NCBI RefSeq assembly: GCF_000760515.2 | Contig: NW_013546143.1 | Location: 1 to 64,000 of the forward strand | DNA length: 64,000 nt | Source: Mitosporidium daphniae | Taxonomy: Eukaryota | Direction of reading: 5' to 3' | Shown here: piece by piece, positions 34,610-46,459 of the stretch | How the letters are laid out: every line of letters begins with the position of its first letter | Numbering within the stretch: position 1 is the first letter of the stretch | Notes under the pieces: model-generated | What the model saw: only the letters and a program-made list of their open reading frames with translations | Databases searched by the model: none | What the model was told of the DNA's origin: nothing | Made by a program: the position numbers and the translations under genes

Positions 34610-35187
34610 TCACCATTTTATGACCAAGTTCCTGGAGCGAAGCCAACCGTAAACGCACTAAAATTAAGTAGACACCGCACTGGGGGAGGCTACCTCTGGT
34701 AGGTTATGGCGCAGTGGGTATAGTTCGGCCTCCCTGTGCAACAACACAACAAGAACACCAAGGGCCGCCATCAGAACAGCAACGAAGACCCAGAAAAGCC
34801 AAGATGCTATGGCCTCGTTAATAGTGAACCCCACCGTCGAATGCGCTTGCTGAGCGCTGGCCAGACTTTTTGCTGTGGCTCTGTATGGAGGTAGAGATGA
34901 TCGAATCTGCCGTTTGAAGGGTGGGGAAAACCAGTTGCATGTATATAGGAGATGGGGAGATGATAACTGAAACTCTATAAAGCATCATAAAAACCTGTTT
35001 CCGACGCAAGCGGATTGTCAATGTCCTCCACATACAGGTTTCCCTCACCACAGGCTACAATGCCCTCTTTCGTGCACACATGCTGGTCGTTTTCGGCGAA
35101 CATTTCGGTGTCCTGGACCCCCTGGTCTGGTGTGTTTTTTTCGCCATCAACACTTGGCATGTCCATTATTTGCCAGCTCTGTTCCAT
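34610..35187 (-). CDS. Orphan protein with an acidic N-terminus and a single C-terminal TM helix
   Basis: MEQSWQIM.. is joined by introns 34994-34975 and 34693-34658 to WLFWVFVAVLMAALGVLVVLL and a short tail. Confidence 0.5.
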
Positions 35188-35358
35188 AGCAAATCGGGAA
35201 TCGTTTGGAGCGCTATTATGATCGCCGCGTTCAAACTTAAATAATAAAGCAAACCTAAATTCGGCGTATCCTGAATAGATATTTATTAGCATTACCAAGT
35301 TTACAAAAATAAGCTGCCATCCTTGAAGGGATTCGCGTAATATACAAAATGACACACA

Positions 35359-36147
35359 TCAGATCCAATCAAATTCACCCGTTGCCCGGTGGGCAGCATA
35401 GTCGACCCCGTTTATGTGCAGAATTATGTCTTTGAACGTGCATCTCCATTTTGTCTTGGTGTGTCCAACCTATGGGGGCCGCAGTTAGCAAATAAACATC
35501 CCTACCTTTTCAAATTGGCACAAAATGATGTTGTCAGTGTCCTGGACATCGATGTCTTCCTCCGAGTCGTCAAGATCAGATCCAAGGACATCTTCTCCAG
35601 CAGCCTTATCTTGAGATCCATTGTTGCGCATCGGTGCATTGTGTGATGGATCCTTTTCGGCTTCGCCGTTTGCATCTTCCTCATCGCTGTGATCAAACCT
35701 GCCTTGCTTCAACAATGTCCCTTTTGAGAACAGATTTTCGGGTGATCTTTTCAGCGATGATGGCTGGGTCGACGTTAATCCCTGCCTGATTGATTGGGGC
35801 CCATAGAACAAAGAAGTGTTGTTCCATTGCGATGCCTGTGTATTGGAGGGGTGGATATGATGCATATTATGGTTGAGAAAATGTTGAGGAATCGATGCCG
35901 GCACATCTATCGATGTAAGCACTCGTGCCTCGATGAGCTTTGTTTCCCAGAGCTATTCTTTTAGCACCAACAATGGCATACCTCCTGCAGCTCAAATAAA
36001 ACCTGTTCATCGAGTCCCATGTTAAGAAAGTCGTTTCTTACTTGATATATCACATCCTCAATAACAGATCTGTACAAAATGGCCTAAAACATGGTGATGA
36101 TGAAACCCCGGATGCTGACTTACTGTGTCATTTTGGTGTGAATTCAT
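35359..36147 (-). CDS. TOA1: TFIIA alpha/beta (large) subunit
   Basis: LYRSVIEDVI..VR.DF..G.DEQVL.EL..LWE.KL; GSDLDD..NIILCQFEKV..TK.KWRC.FKD..ING.DY..ATGEFDW. Confidence 0.94.
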
Positions 36148-36228
36148 AAATGTGAAATTAAAAATTAAAAACACAAGTTTTTGTTACTCATCCCTCGTCT
36201 TTCTAAACTCTTTTTGTCGATCCGCGCC

Positions 36229-38544
36229 ATGGCATCCACCGCTGGGATTGATGATTTAATTTCCAAATTTACGCGCATTGGCATCGATATCAAAAAGGCA
36301 AAAGAAACCGCTTCAAATAGCAAGCTTTCCTCCACTCTGACTTTGGCCATAGACTCTGCCGGTGTTTCTCACAACGGATGTCCAAAGCCTTCCGGAATGC
36401 TGCTGTATACACTTGCCTCGACATGTCCAAAAGAAAAGGAAAGCTTTTTGATTCCCATTCTTTCAAAGGCCATTGCAGACAATCTAATCACACGAGATGT
36501 ACAAATACAGTCGGCTATCAGCGACGCAAAGCCCTCCTTTTCAAAAGAAGAGATATACAATTGTGCCGGCATTGGAGTAAGCGTATCTGAATCTGAAATT
36601 GATGATGCCATTTCTCGCGTATTGAATGCGCAAGAATCCCCTTCCTCCATTCATATTGCCCAGCTTTTGAAGCTAGTAAGGGATGAACCGAAAATCAAAT
36701 TTGCAAACGGAAAAACCGTCAAGGAAAGGGCAGAATCGCTTTTATTGCAAGCTCAACAAAAAAGGAAAGAAAACGAATCCGTTTTGGCTCCCGTTTCGGA
36801 GACCACGAGTTCCGAAAATTTCCGCTCTTTTTATGGGGCAGTTTTGAAGCTTCACAAACCAGGGGAAAATCCACAGCTTTCTGAAGAAATTCGCCAGGCA
36901 CACTTGAAAGCAACCGGTGGAAGAGTCGTAACTCGCTTCCCCCCTGAGCCCAATGGATTTCTGCATATCGGCCATGCAAAGGCTATAAACTTCAACTTCA
37001 ATTATGCCAAGGCACATGGTGGCTACACCTATCTGAGGTTTGATGATACCAATCCAGAAGCAGAGAAACCCATATATTATGATGCAATTAGAGAATCTGT
37101 GCAGTGGCTGGGATTTACTCCTTGTGCAGAAACAGCATCGTCGGATTATTTTCAAAAGCTATATGATATCGCAAAACTTTTGGTTTCTGAGGGAAAGGCT
37201 TATGTTTGCCATCAGACGGCCGAAGAAATTCACGCAAGCCGAGGGGGAGATGATAAGGGGCCAAGAACACCTAGCCCATGGAGAGACAGGCCCATTGAGG
37301 AGAGTGTCCGTATCTTCCAAGAAATGTATGAAGGAAAATGGAAGCCAGAAACGGCCACTCTTCGTCTTCGCCAAGACATGGATTCGCACAACCCATTCAT
37401 GTGGGACCTGGTTGCATATCGTATTTTGGACACCCCTCATTGCCTTACTGGGTCGACATGGCATATTTATCCAATGTACGACTATACGCATTGCTTATGC
37501 GATTCCTTTGAAAACATTAGCCATTCCTTTTGCACGACCGAGTTTATCCTGGCGCGCGAGGCTTACTATTGGGTTTGCGATGCCGCTCGCGTCTATAAGC
37601 CTGTGCAGTGGGAATACGGGCGTCTCAATATCACCAATACCGTGCTTTCAAAAAGAAAGCTTACCAAGCTAGTTTCGTCTGGCGTTGTTGATGGGTGGGA
37701 TGATCCACGAATTTATACGATTGCCGGAATTCGCCGTCGTGGATTCACTCCTGAAGCTGTGAACAAATTTGTGGAAAACATTGGCATCACCACGGCATTT
37801 ACTACCGTCGATGTGCGCTTGCTGGAAAGCTATGTCAGAGAGCATCTCAATGAAATTGCCCCAAGGGTCATGGCTATTTTGGAACCTTTACATGTTGAGA
37901 TTTCGCTGAAATCGTGGAATGAAGTTGCCTTGCCCGCTGTTATCGAGGCAGGAGGCGTTCTTAGAGACGACGGGTACTATTGGATCTCAGTTCCAGACTT
38001 TCCTTCTTCTGCTTCAACTGGAAAGGCCGTGTCTAGCAAGTGGATTCCGATTAGTCGAACCATATCCATCGATCGCTCTGACTTTGATCCAAACGGCGAT
38101 TCCGATTATAGGAGACTCACTTTGACCCAGCCTGTAGGCCTATTTAAAGCTTCGTTCTCGATTCAAATTTCACCTGGCTATCACGGCAACTCCAATGTGC
38201 TTCCCGTAGAAGCGGTGAGCGTAGCCACTTGTCCACCAAGGACATTTATACAATGGGTCGAGTCTAACAAAAATTGCCCCGCCGAAATTCGATTGTATTC
38301 CGATCTGTTTAAATCATTATCGCCCGATGACGCCCCGGGAGGATGGCTCTCCGACATCGCAGAAAGCTCCCTGATTGTGCACAAACATTCTATGGTTGAT
38401 CTCCGTGTTAGCTGTGCTCCAGTTGAAAGCAAATTTCAATTTCAACGCTTAGGGTATTTCTGTGTCGATAAGGATTCATCTGGCGGCAATCTCGTTTTCA
38501 ATAGGACCGTCACGCTCAAAGAAGATCCAACTAAAAAGTATTAA
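36229..38544 (+). CDS. GLN4: Glutaminyl-tRNA synthetase (possible non-AUG extension from 36181)
   Basis: TRFPPEPNGFLHIGHAKA, LRFDDTNP, IYPMYDYTHCLCD, VLSKRK, FQFQRLGYF. Intronless. Confidence 0.98.
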   Translation: MASTAGIDDLISKFTRIGIDIKKAKETASNSKLSSTLTLAIDSAGVSHNGCPKPSGMLLYTLASTCPKEKESFLIPILSKAIADNLITRDVQIQSAISDAKPSFSKEEIYNCAGIGVSVSESEIDDAISRVLNAQESPSSIHIAQLLKLVRDEPKIKFANGKTVKERAESLLLQAQQKRKENESVLAPVSETTSSENFRSFYGAVLKLHKPGENPQLSEEIRQAHLKATGGRVVTRFPPEPNGFLHIGHAKAINFNFNYAKAHGGYTYLRFDDTNPEAEKPIYYDAIRESVQWLGFTPCAETASSDYFQKLYDIAKLLVSEGKAYVCHQTAEEIHASRGGDDKGPRTPSPWRDRPIEESVRIFQEMYEGKWKPETATLRLRQDMDSHNPFMWDLVAYRILDTPHCLTGSTWHIYPMYDYTHCLCDSFENISHSFCTTEFILAREAYYWVCDAARVYKPVQWEYGRLNITNTVLSKRKLTKLVSSGVVDGWDDPRIYTIAGIRRRGFTPEAVNKFVENIGITTAFTTVDVRLLESYVREHLNEIAPRVMAILEPLHVEISLKSWNEVALPAVIEAGGVLRDDGYYWISVPDFPSSASTGKAVSSKWIPISRTISIDRSDFDPNGDSDYRRLTLTQPVGLFKASFSIQISPGYHGNSNVLPVEAVSVATCPPRTFIQWVESNKNCPAEIRLYSDLFKSLSPDDAPGGWLSDIAESSLIVHKHSMVDLRVSCAPVESKFQFQRLGYFCVDKDSSGGNLVFNRTVTLKEDPTKKY

Positions 38545-38870
38545 CTTTAACCCGACAATAAAACCAAAAAGACTTTTTTTAACACAGCGATCGGATTTAT
38601 TCGGCTTGATGTGCAATTCTGGCATAGCCGCCACAAAAAGACAAAATTTTCAGTTTGGAATTCAGGCGACCCACCGCTCTTCTCCAACTCATTCAAAAAC
38701 GTCAGCATTTGCACGGATCCGCTTGCAAAGCAATTAAATTATTTTGTAATTATTTAAGGTACATGTGGTAAAGTATAGGTCATAGGCTAATCGGGATGAG
38801 CAACCTTTTGACTGTTGATTTTAACAGCCAAAATCTATTTTTTATTTCAATATTTCAGAGGGCATAGAAC

Positions 38871-40604
38871 TTAAAACAAAAAAGACATCTTTTTTTTGGG
38901 AAACAAATAGGCTAAAAGAAAAGAAAAATTGTAACCTGCATAATATTTTGAATAAAAATTGTAACTTAGACAAGATTGTGAATAAAAATTGGGTTTAAGC
39001 CTTTCAATGATGGGGACCAAGATTGGGAAGAGAATCAATGCATGATAATAATGCCAGCGCGAAAATCTCTTATGCACAAAAATAGCATTCGCCAGGTAAA
39101 GCCCAAGTACCGCGATAAACCCCAGAAAAGTAATTTTGCGGCCGACAATAAATTTGCGCGGCAGAAAAAAGATCATAAACAAAGCTAGATAAAAGCAACG
39201 GGATGTAAAAACGCTGAAAATATTACTGGTGGTAGCCAGGTGGTTGCCTCCATAAAGTATCTGCCAATCACACCAGTAAAGCGAAAGGGATGAATAAAGA
39301 AACATAAAAAACAGACACAAATACTTTTGTAGCATTTGTTGATTTAAAGAAAATCTTTTTATCTTCGATGCTACGTATATAGATATTGCTATGCAATGCG
39401 ACAATATAAACAAAGGATACGTGAGATATTGAGATGATTTGTGTTCAAAGCTAAATAAACCTGAATGATAAATTTTTGCAACCAAGGAACTAGGAAGAGT
39501 TTCACCTTCAATAGCGGATCTGATACCGCTAACGAATGCATATTCCAGCCATAAGTTGGACAATTTTAGTGCACTCTTTCGAACATAGGCGTTTTGAAAA
39601 AAATCAACCACGAAATTACAGCTATTTAATAAGAAATCTTTGTTCCGGGCAAAAATACCAGTTTTCTGTCTTAAGTGACGGCTAAAATAGCTAAAAGTCT
39701 TAATAAACACATATTTCAGAAAATAAGCGACAGCAAAAGCAACCAGGATCTTAATGAAAATGTAACCGACATCCGATTTCATTTCAACAAGCCTAGAATT
39801 GAGAATATCCACATCTCGAGAAAAAAGATCAATATTCTGTTTTTGAACAATAGGATCCTTGTAGCCTGTGTCAAAAAAGCTATTTTTGCCATCAAAACTA
39901 CTAGTGTTTCCAGAAAATGTAATCACATATGGATCTTTATCTTGATTCCCTTTCGATACTTCGTAGTTTTTCTTTGGATAAAAAATAGTGGTATCACTTT
40001 TCTCACCAATGAAGGGGTTCAGGTTTAATCTCGAAGAAAAACGCCATAAAGAAAGACAGGAATTCACATCTTGAAGCGTGCTTCCAGGTAGGTTTGCAAT
40101 AAGAACAGACCTGCCCATTAGCTCCATACTAGTCATTATGGATGCAGCCTCAAAATCAATAAGCATTCTAGATGAACAATCAATGATAGAAGGCTTCTGA
40201 GAATTCGAAAATTTTCGGATAGACTGGAAAATAACCAATTTAACAGAATTAATCTCAAGAACTGCCAACGAACGAGAATATTGCATATCTTTTTCTGGAC
40301 CCCATATGAAAGGTCTATGATCAAACTTGCACTTTTCTTGCAAAAATATCAAAATTCCAGACCCATACGACCATTTTTGAAACAGATACATCGATGCCTG
40401 AATTGGAATGGTCACACTAACGGGATAGATGTTCTCAAGCGCTTGCTTAAAAAGCTCAACATCTGAAGATGTCCAAACATCGAAGATAACAACGCAATCA
40501 ATCGCGTTTGCATTTTTAATGCTGGAAGCCCAAGACTTAATAGCATTTAACCTTTCGGGATCCTGGAGATCTGGGGAAATAAAACTCTTAACAGTAATTG
40601 ACAT
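38871..40604 (-). CDS. Orphan protein: degenerate EEP/neutral-sphingomyelinase-like N-domain plus multi-pass membrane C-domain
   Basis: 577-aa intronless AT-rich ORF. ERL..I..DCVVIFDVW..D.E.F...L...YP..GSGILIF follows the spacing of nSMase/Isc1 motifs. Several hydrophobic helices in the C-terminal half. Confidence 0.75.
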   Translation of the reverse strand: MSITVKSFISPDLQDPERLNAIKSWASSIKNANAIDCVVIFDVWTSSDVELFKQALENIYPVSVTIPIQASMYLFQKWSYGSGILIFLQEKCKFDHRPFIWGPEKDMQYSRSLAVLEINSVKLVIFQSIRKFSNSQKPSIIDCSSRMLIDFEAASIMTSMELMGRSVLIANLPGSTLQDVNSCLSLWRFSSRLNLNPFIGEKSDTTIFYPKKNYEVSKGNQDKDPYVITFSGNTSSFDGKNSFFDTGYKDPIVQKQNIDLFSRDVDILNSRLVEMKSDVGYIFIKILVAFAVAYFLKYVFIKTFSYFSRHLRQKTGIFARNKDFLLNSCNFVVDFFQNAYVRKSALKLSNLWLEYAFVSGIRSAIEGETLPSSLVAKIYHSGLFSFEHKSSQYLTYPLFILSHCIAISIYVASKIKRFSLNQQMLQKYLCLFFMFLYSSLSLYWCDWQILYGGNHLATTSNIFSVFTSRCFYLALFMIFFLPRKFIVGRKITFLGFIAVLGLYLANAIFVHKRFSRWHYYHALILFPILVPIIERLKPNFYSQSCLSYNFYSKYYAGYNFSFLLAYLFPKKKMSFLF

Positions 40605-40655
40605 GGTAACTTAAAATTTATTGCGACCTTGCTTTTAATTAACTTTTAATATAAA

Positions 40656-41734
40656 ATGGAGCTCCAGGTCACTGCTAAATATAAAGATTTAAATGAAGAC
40701 CGCCCCAATCCCTTGCCACATTTGAAATGGGAACTGCTGCGTGTTATTAGTGGGCATATTGGTACCGGCCCTAAATCTTAATCGGTAGGATGGGTTCGTT
40801 CGTTAGCCGTCGATGTTTCCAATGAATGGTTTGCCTCTGGCTCTGGCGATCGGACAATCAAAGTTTTTTCTTGACCAATTAATGGAATGTAGATATGGGA
40901 CTTGGCCTCGGGAAATCTCAAGCTTTCCCTTACAGGGCACATATCAACAGTACGTGGCTTGGCAGTTTCGGATCGACATCCTTACCTATTCTCAGCGGGT
41001 GAGGATAAGCAGGTCAAATGCTGGGATTTGGAACAGAACAAAGTCGTTAGACATTACCATGGGCATCTATCTGCTGTATATTCACTTGCTTTGCATCCAA
41101 CCTTGGATATCCTCATTACTGGAGGAAGGGACTCCGTAGCCAGAGTATGGGACATGAGGACCAAGCAACCCATCCATGTTCTGACCGGCCACACGGCAGC
41201 CGTCAATGCTGTCATTTGCCAAGCCCCTGAGCCTCAAGTAGTGACAGCCTCAAACGACTCTACCGTAAGGCTATGGGACTTGGCAGCTGGAAAAACGAGG
41301 GTGACGTTGACACATCACAAGAAAGCAATCAGAGCGCTTGCTACCCATCCCAGAGAGTATTTCCTGTGTTTTTATTTAGATACACGTTTGCTGCCGGGTC
41401 CCCAGATCGAGTCAAAAAGTATCTTTTTCCGCACGGCGAATTCCTGCACGACTTTATCGAAGGGGGCCCCCTTCCTTGTGTAATTAATGCCATGGCAATC
41501 TCTGAAGACAATGTTATGGTTACAGGGTCAGATGATGGGGCTCTCACATGGTATGACTGGCGGTCCGGCCGTGGGTTTCAGCGGGAGCAATCCATCCCAC
41601 AACCGGGATCCCTTGATTCTGAAGCCGGAATTTTTGCCGCAACTTTTGATCGCTCCGGATTGCGTTTGATCACCGGCGAGGCTGACAAAAGCATAAAGAT
41701 CTGGAAAGAATCGTCGACCGATTATGACCAGTAA
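40656..41734 (+). CDS. PRP46: Spliceosome WD40 protein Prp46/PLRG1
   Basis: [76 protein letters not shown]. Confidence 0.97.
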
Positions 41735-41764
41735 AGAAACGAAACATTTAATTAATTAGTCAGC

Positions 41765-43078
41765 TTAGTTTGGCGATCGGAAATATTCGGTTCGGAAAAA
41801 GCGTGGTTCAACCTCACAAGCTGGGGGGTTAGGGAGAGAAGAGGGTGATGCGATTTTCTGCATCGTTATGAGCCATCTGCTCCATGTGTTAAGCTTCTGC
41901 TCTGACTTGGCCACAAGCTTCATGCATGGGTGAGCTGGGACATCCAACTCGGCTCCACTGCTATCTTCGTCTGTCGAGGGAATCCAAAAAACAACTCTTC
42001 CACCCACAACCAATCGCACGGCAGAAAAATCAACCAAGTCTGCATATACTTGCGACGTAGGATATGGAGCGGTTTTAGGATAAACGGGTTTCATACAATC
42101 AGCAACTTTGGAAACCAATAAGGAACTCAGGGGTGTGATTTTCTTTGCCCCAGCACGGACTCCATATGGAGGATCTGTAATGATAGCATCGAAAATTTCC
42201 AAATCGCATCGAAGTGGATTTCTCGTAATGTCGCAAATGAAGGCTCCCAATATGTTTGAAGATACGTTATATTGCCTTGCATTTGATTTAATATCCGAGT
42301 GTCCTTTCCCTCGAATTTGCCGGCCATCAATGTCGCACCCCAGTGCTAGCCCTCCAAAATATGCTCCTGTTAAAAGAAAAGAGCCTGTCCCAACAAAGGG
42401 GTCAAAGAAAAAGGATCCTTTTTTGATCAAAGCCATATTGGACATGATAAGAGACAATTCTGCGTTCATCGATGTGATCCCTATATACGACCTCTTTTTT
42501 AGATCGAACACATCAACCAAATATCTGCTACTTTGAGCCATTAGTCTTCCAAACAGCCAAATCTCTGGATCAAAGTTCCATGTTTTCGAGGAAAGGCATC
42601 CAAAAACTACAAAAGTTTCATCAGGATCTTGTAACTTAATGGGACCTTTTAGGGGTAAAAATGAAAACCTGTTGATAATTGCCATCTGCTGTTCAGCTGA
42701 TAATGTAGATCCAAAGGTGTCAAATGTAAACTTGAACGAAGAAGTGGATAGGGGGGCCAACATTTCGCGAATCGTGCAAGATTTTTCAACATCAACTATA
42801 AGATCATCAACAGAGGAAGAATAACAGTAGTTCTGGTATAAATCCCGAATAAGAATAGACCGAGAAACTATCTGTTTCAGCACATCTAGCGGAATCCCGC
42901 CGATTGGAAGAAACGGGCAATATTCCAAAAAAGACAAATCGGACGGGATTTTCACAAGATCACTAACTTCAAATAGCTCTAAAAGTGAGAATAATTCTGG
43001 TAATCTAAAAGATAAATGCTGATGAGCAAATCGGAGTACAAAAGGATATTCGGGCGATAAAAAAAAATCATGATTCAT
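41765..43078 (-). CDS. TRM11: tRNA (guanine-10-N2) methyltransferase Trm11
   Basis: FAHQHLSFRLPEL, FDLKKRSYIG.TSM.AELS, DPFVGTGS, DIDGR, FDAIITDPPYGVRAG. The first ATG is at 43078; the ORF-track start lies inside the tRNA. Confidence 0.95.
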   Translation of the reverse strand: MNHDFFLSPEYPFVLRFAHQHLSFRLPELFSLLELFEVSDLVKIPSDLSFLEYCPFLPIGGIPLDVLKQIVSRSILIRDLYQNYCYSSSVDDLIVDVEKSCTIREMLAPLSTSSFKFTFDTFGSTLSAEQQMAIINRFSFLPLKGPIKLQDPDETFVVFGCLSSKTWNFDPEIWLFGRLMAQSSRYLVDVFDLKKRSYIGITSMNAELSLIMSNMALIKKGSFFFDPFVGTGSFLLTGAYFGGLALGCDIDGRQIRGKGHSDIKSNARQYNVSSNILGAFICDITRNPLRCDLEIFDAIITDPPYGVRAGAKKITPLSSLLVSKVADCMKPVYPKTAPYPTSQVYADLVDFSAVRLVVGGRVVFWIPSTDEDSSGAELDVPAHPCMKLVAKSEQKLNTWSRWLITMQKIASPSSLPNPPACEVEPRFFRTEYFRSPN

Positions 43079-43095
43079 TTCCAAAATTAAAAAAT

Positions 43096-43177
43096 CGACA
43101 CCTGTGAGATTCGAACTCACGCGCCCAAAGGGCACCAGCTTAGCAGGCTGGCGCGTTAACCACTCCGCCAAAGTGCC
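43096..43177 (-). tRNA. tRNA-Ser(GCT)
   Basis: Acceptor stem GGCACTT/AGGTGTC+G; D arm TGGCGGAGTGGTTAACGC; anticodon arm CCAGC-CT GCT AA-GCTGG; long variable arm; T loop GTTCGAATC; followed by a T6 terminator. Confidence 0.96.
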
Positions 43178-43604
43178 TTGCTTCTGCTAAAAAAACAGTG
43201 TATATAAAATTGTTTTATACAAAACCATGGACAACAAGCTCCATCAAAGTTCCATGCCACTCAAAGTGTCTAAGCATGCGGCCATCAATACGATGTTATC
43301 CCAATTATCACTAATATTGTGGTTATTAAACGGGGTCCCTTATTTTTATCAAAATAAAGGATAATACTTAAACTATGGCCTCCAAGTGTGCTGAAAACCT
43401 TTGAATACACCATAAATTACAGATCTTCCGACAATCCTAACCCGACATACCGCTGATTTCCTTTTGTACGATTAAAAAGCACCTCAAAGACAAATTTAAA
43501 TCTTTCAAATTTTGCTGCAAACTGTATCTGTACTTTGAGAATGGGATGATAGCCGATAGTGCCATTATGATGAATTTAAATTGAAAAAATTTAGACCTGC
43601 ATTG

Positions 43605-44331
43605 ATGCCTTCTTTAATGCTTGGGGATAAATTCCCGGATTTTGAATGCCATACAACTGCAGGCGTTTTTTCGCTGCATGCTTGGGCCGAACAAAAACGG
43701 ACTTTATGTCCTAAAGACCCATGGATTTTGTTTTTCAGTCATCCAGCCGATTTCAGTATTTCCGATTTCTCTTATCACTTTAGCGCCCGTTTGCACGACC
43801 GAAATCTCGCAGCTGATGAAAGAACAAGCGAAATTGGAAGCCTTGAACCTATACCCTATAGGGCTTTCGGTTGACGATCTTGAATTTCATTTGAAGTGGA
43901 GGGAACATTTATCGATTTTTTCGGGACTAAGCGCTACAGATGTGCCACCCATCATTGCCGATCCCAACGGGAAAATCGCGTCATTGTTGGGGATGTTAGA
44001 TTCTTATGACCACGACCCTTCCAATGTGATTAATGGGATTCCTTTGACCGTCAGGAGTGTGTTTGTTCTTGACCATCGCATGTCAGTTAGAGCTATCTGG
44101 ACATATCCGGCTTCAGTTGGCAGACTTTGGTCCGAGATTTTCCGTGTCGTAGAGGCCTTGCAGCTATCTGAAAAATACCCAATTGCCACGCCTGAATCTT
44201 GGACTCCAAACTCTGCTGTCCTTATTAGGGCCAACATCAGCACTGAAGATGCCATGCCCCTCTTGCCAAAGGACACCAAAGTTTCGGTCCCCTTTTCCGA
44301 CATCCCGTACGTTCGCTTTGCTAAGCTGTGA
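43605..44331 (+). CDS. PRX1: 1-Cys peroxiredoxin (Prx1/PRDX6)
   Basis: LGDKFPDF, FSHPADFT|PVCTTE across an intron, IGLSVD, PIIAD, TVRSVF, YPASVGR, ATPESW. Confidence 0.95.
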
Positions 44332-44679
44332 TAATCTGGGCAAACTTTCTTATTTATGAATAAACCCATCTGCCAGAAGTCGTCGTAATTACGGCACTGA
44401 GGAATATGCAGCATGATCACCACGATGGCACTGGAGGTTTGAGGGTTCCCTTTGCACGTTGGAGTTGATTGCATGCGTTGAAATAGTCGGATGCGATTTT
44501 ATGCTTATGCTAGTGATGCGTGACCCTTGGTGGCAATCTTTCCCTATTGGGCAGCAATGCAGAAATCAGAACGGCCGTACACATTTTCATGCATTACCCT
44601 ATTGCATGTAAATTGTCTTCACCACTAAAATGGGCAAATTCAAATTTGCGCCAATTTTTACCCGCTATTTAAGTACCAT

Positions 44680-45852
<1,173 letters not shown>

Positions 45853-45875
45853 AAACAAACAATAAATAACGTCGA

Positions 45876-46337
45876 TTATTTATTTTTCTTTACTTGGCGA
45901 AGAAGCGATCTAAACTCGGTTTTTGATTTCGGATTGATGTTCCTATCTTTCCATGTGCTTTTCCGCAGTTTGACAGGCCTACTTCCAATGTATTTGCCTA
46001 CGCAATTATATAGCGAGCCAATGTACCATTCATTTCCTTCATGGCGCTGATAAAATCATCAACTTTGGCGAAAGAGACAAAACCGTAGCCCCTTGACTTT
46101 CCCGTTCGTTTTTCTCGGATCACACGAGCCTTAGAAAAAGAAGAATACCGAGAAAAGGCCTTCTCCAAATGCTCATCACCGACCTCGACCCCAAGGTCTC
46201 CGCAAAATATCCTAAAGTCATCTAAACAAATAAGCGATGCCATTTATACTTGGATCCCAATCTGAAAGCGTCTCATCAACCCAAACCTCGCCACCGGCTT
46301 TTCGTAACGGCTTGGTCTCGCTTTTTGGCAAATTCAT
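45876..46337 (-). CDS. RBM42: RBM42-like RRM protein
   Basis: RKAGGEVW.D.TL.DW, DFRIFCGDLG, KSRGYGFVSF, EMNG|KYIGSRPVKLRKS.W. Confidence 0.9.
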
Positions 46338-46459
46338 GGATTTAAAATGTTTGAAGAATGTAAATTCAACTTTCACGCCAATTTATTAGCGAAGCTACCT
46401 GCGTGCCAATTGGATGTTGCGACGACACCTGAACGCGTGGACCCAACCGGTGTGTTCAA

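Noticed and set aside
38560..38740. U4 snRNA or small gene on the minus strand
   Set aside because: Only GCTTTGC and an AATTTTG resemble U4, the U6-pairing segment is absent, and the 53-codon ORF has no support.
43079..43171. N-terminal 31 aa of the 468-aa ORF as part of TRM11
   Set aside because: This segment is the tRNA-Ser gene read in frame from a TTG. Trm11 similarity begins after ATG 43078.
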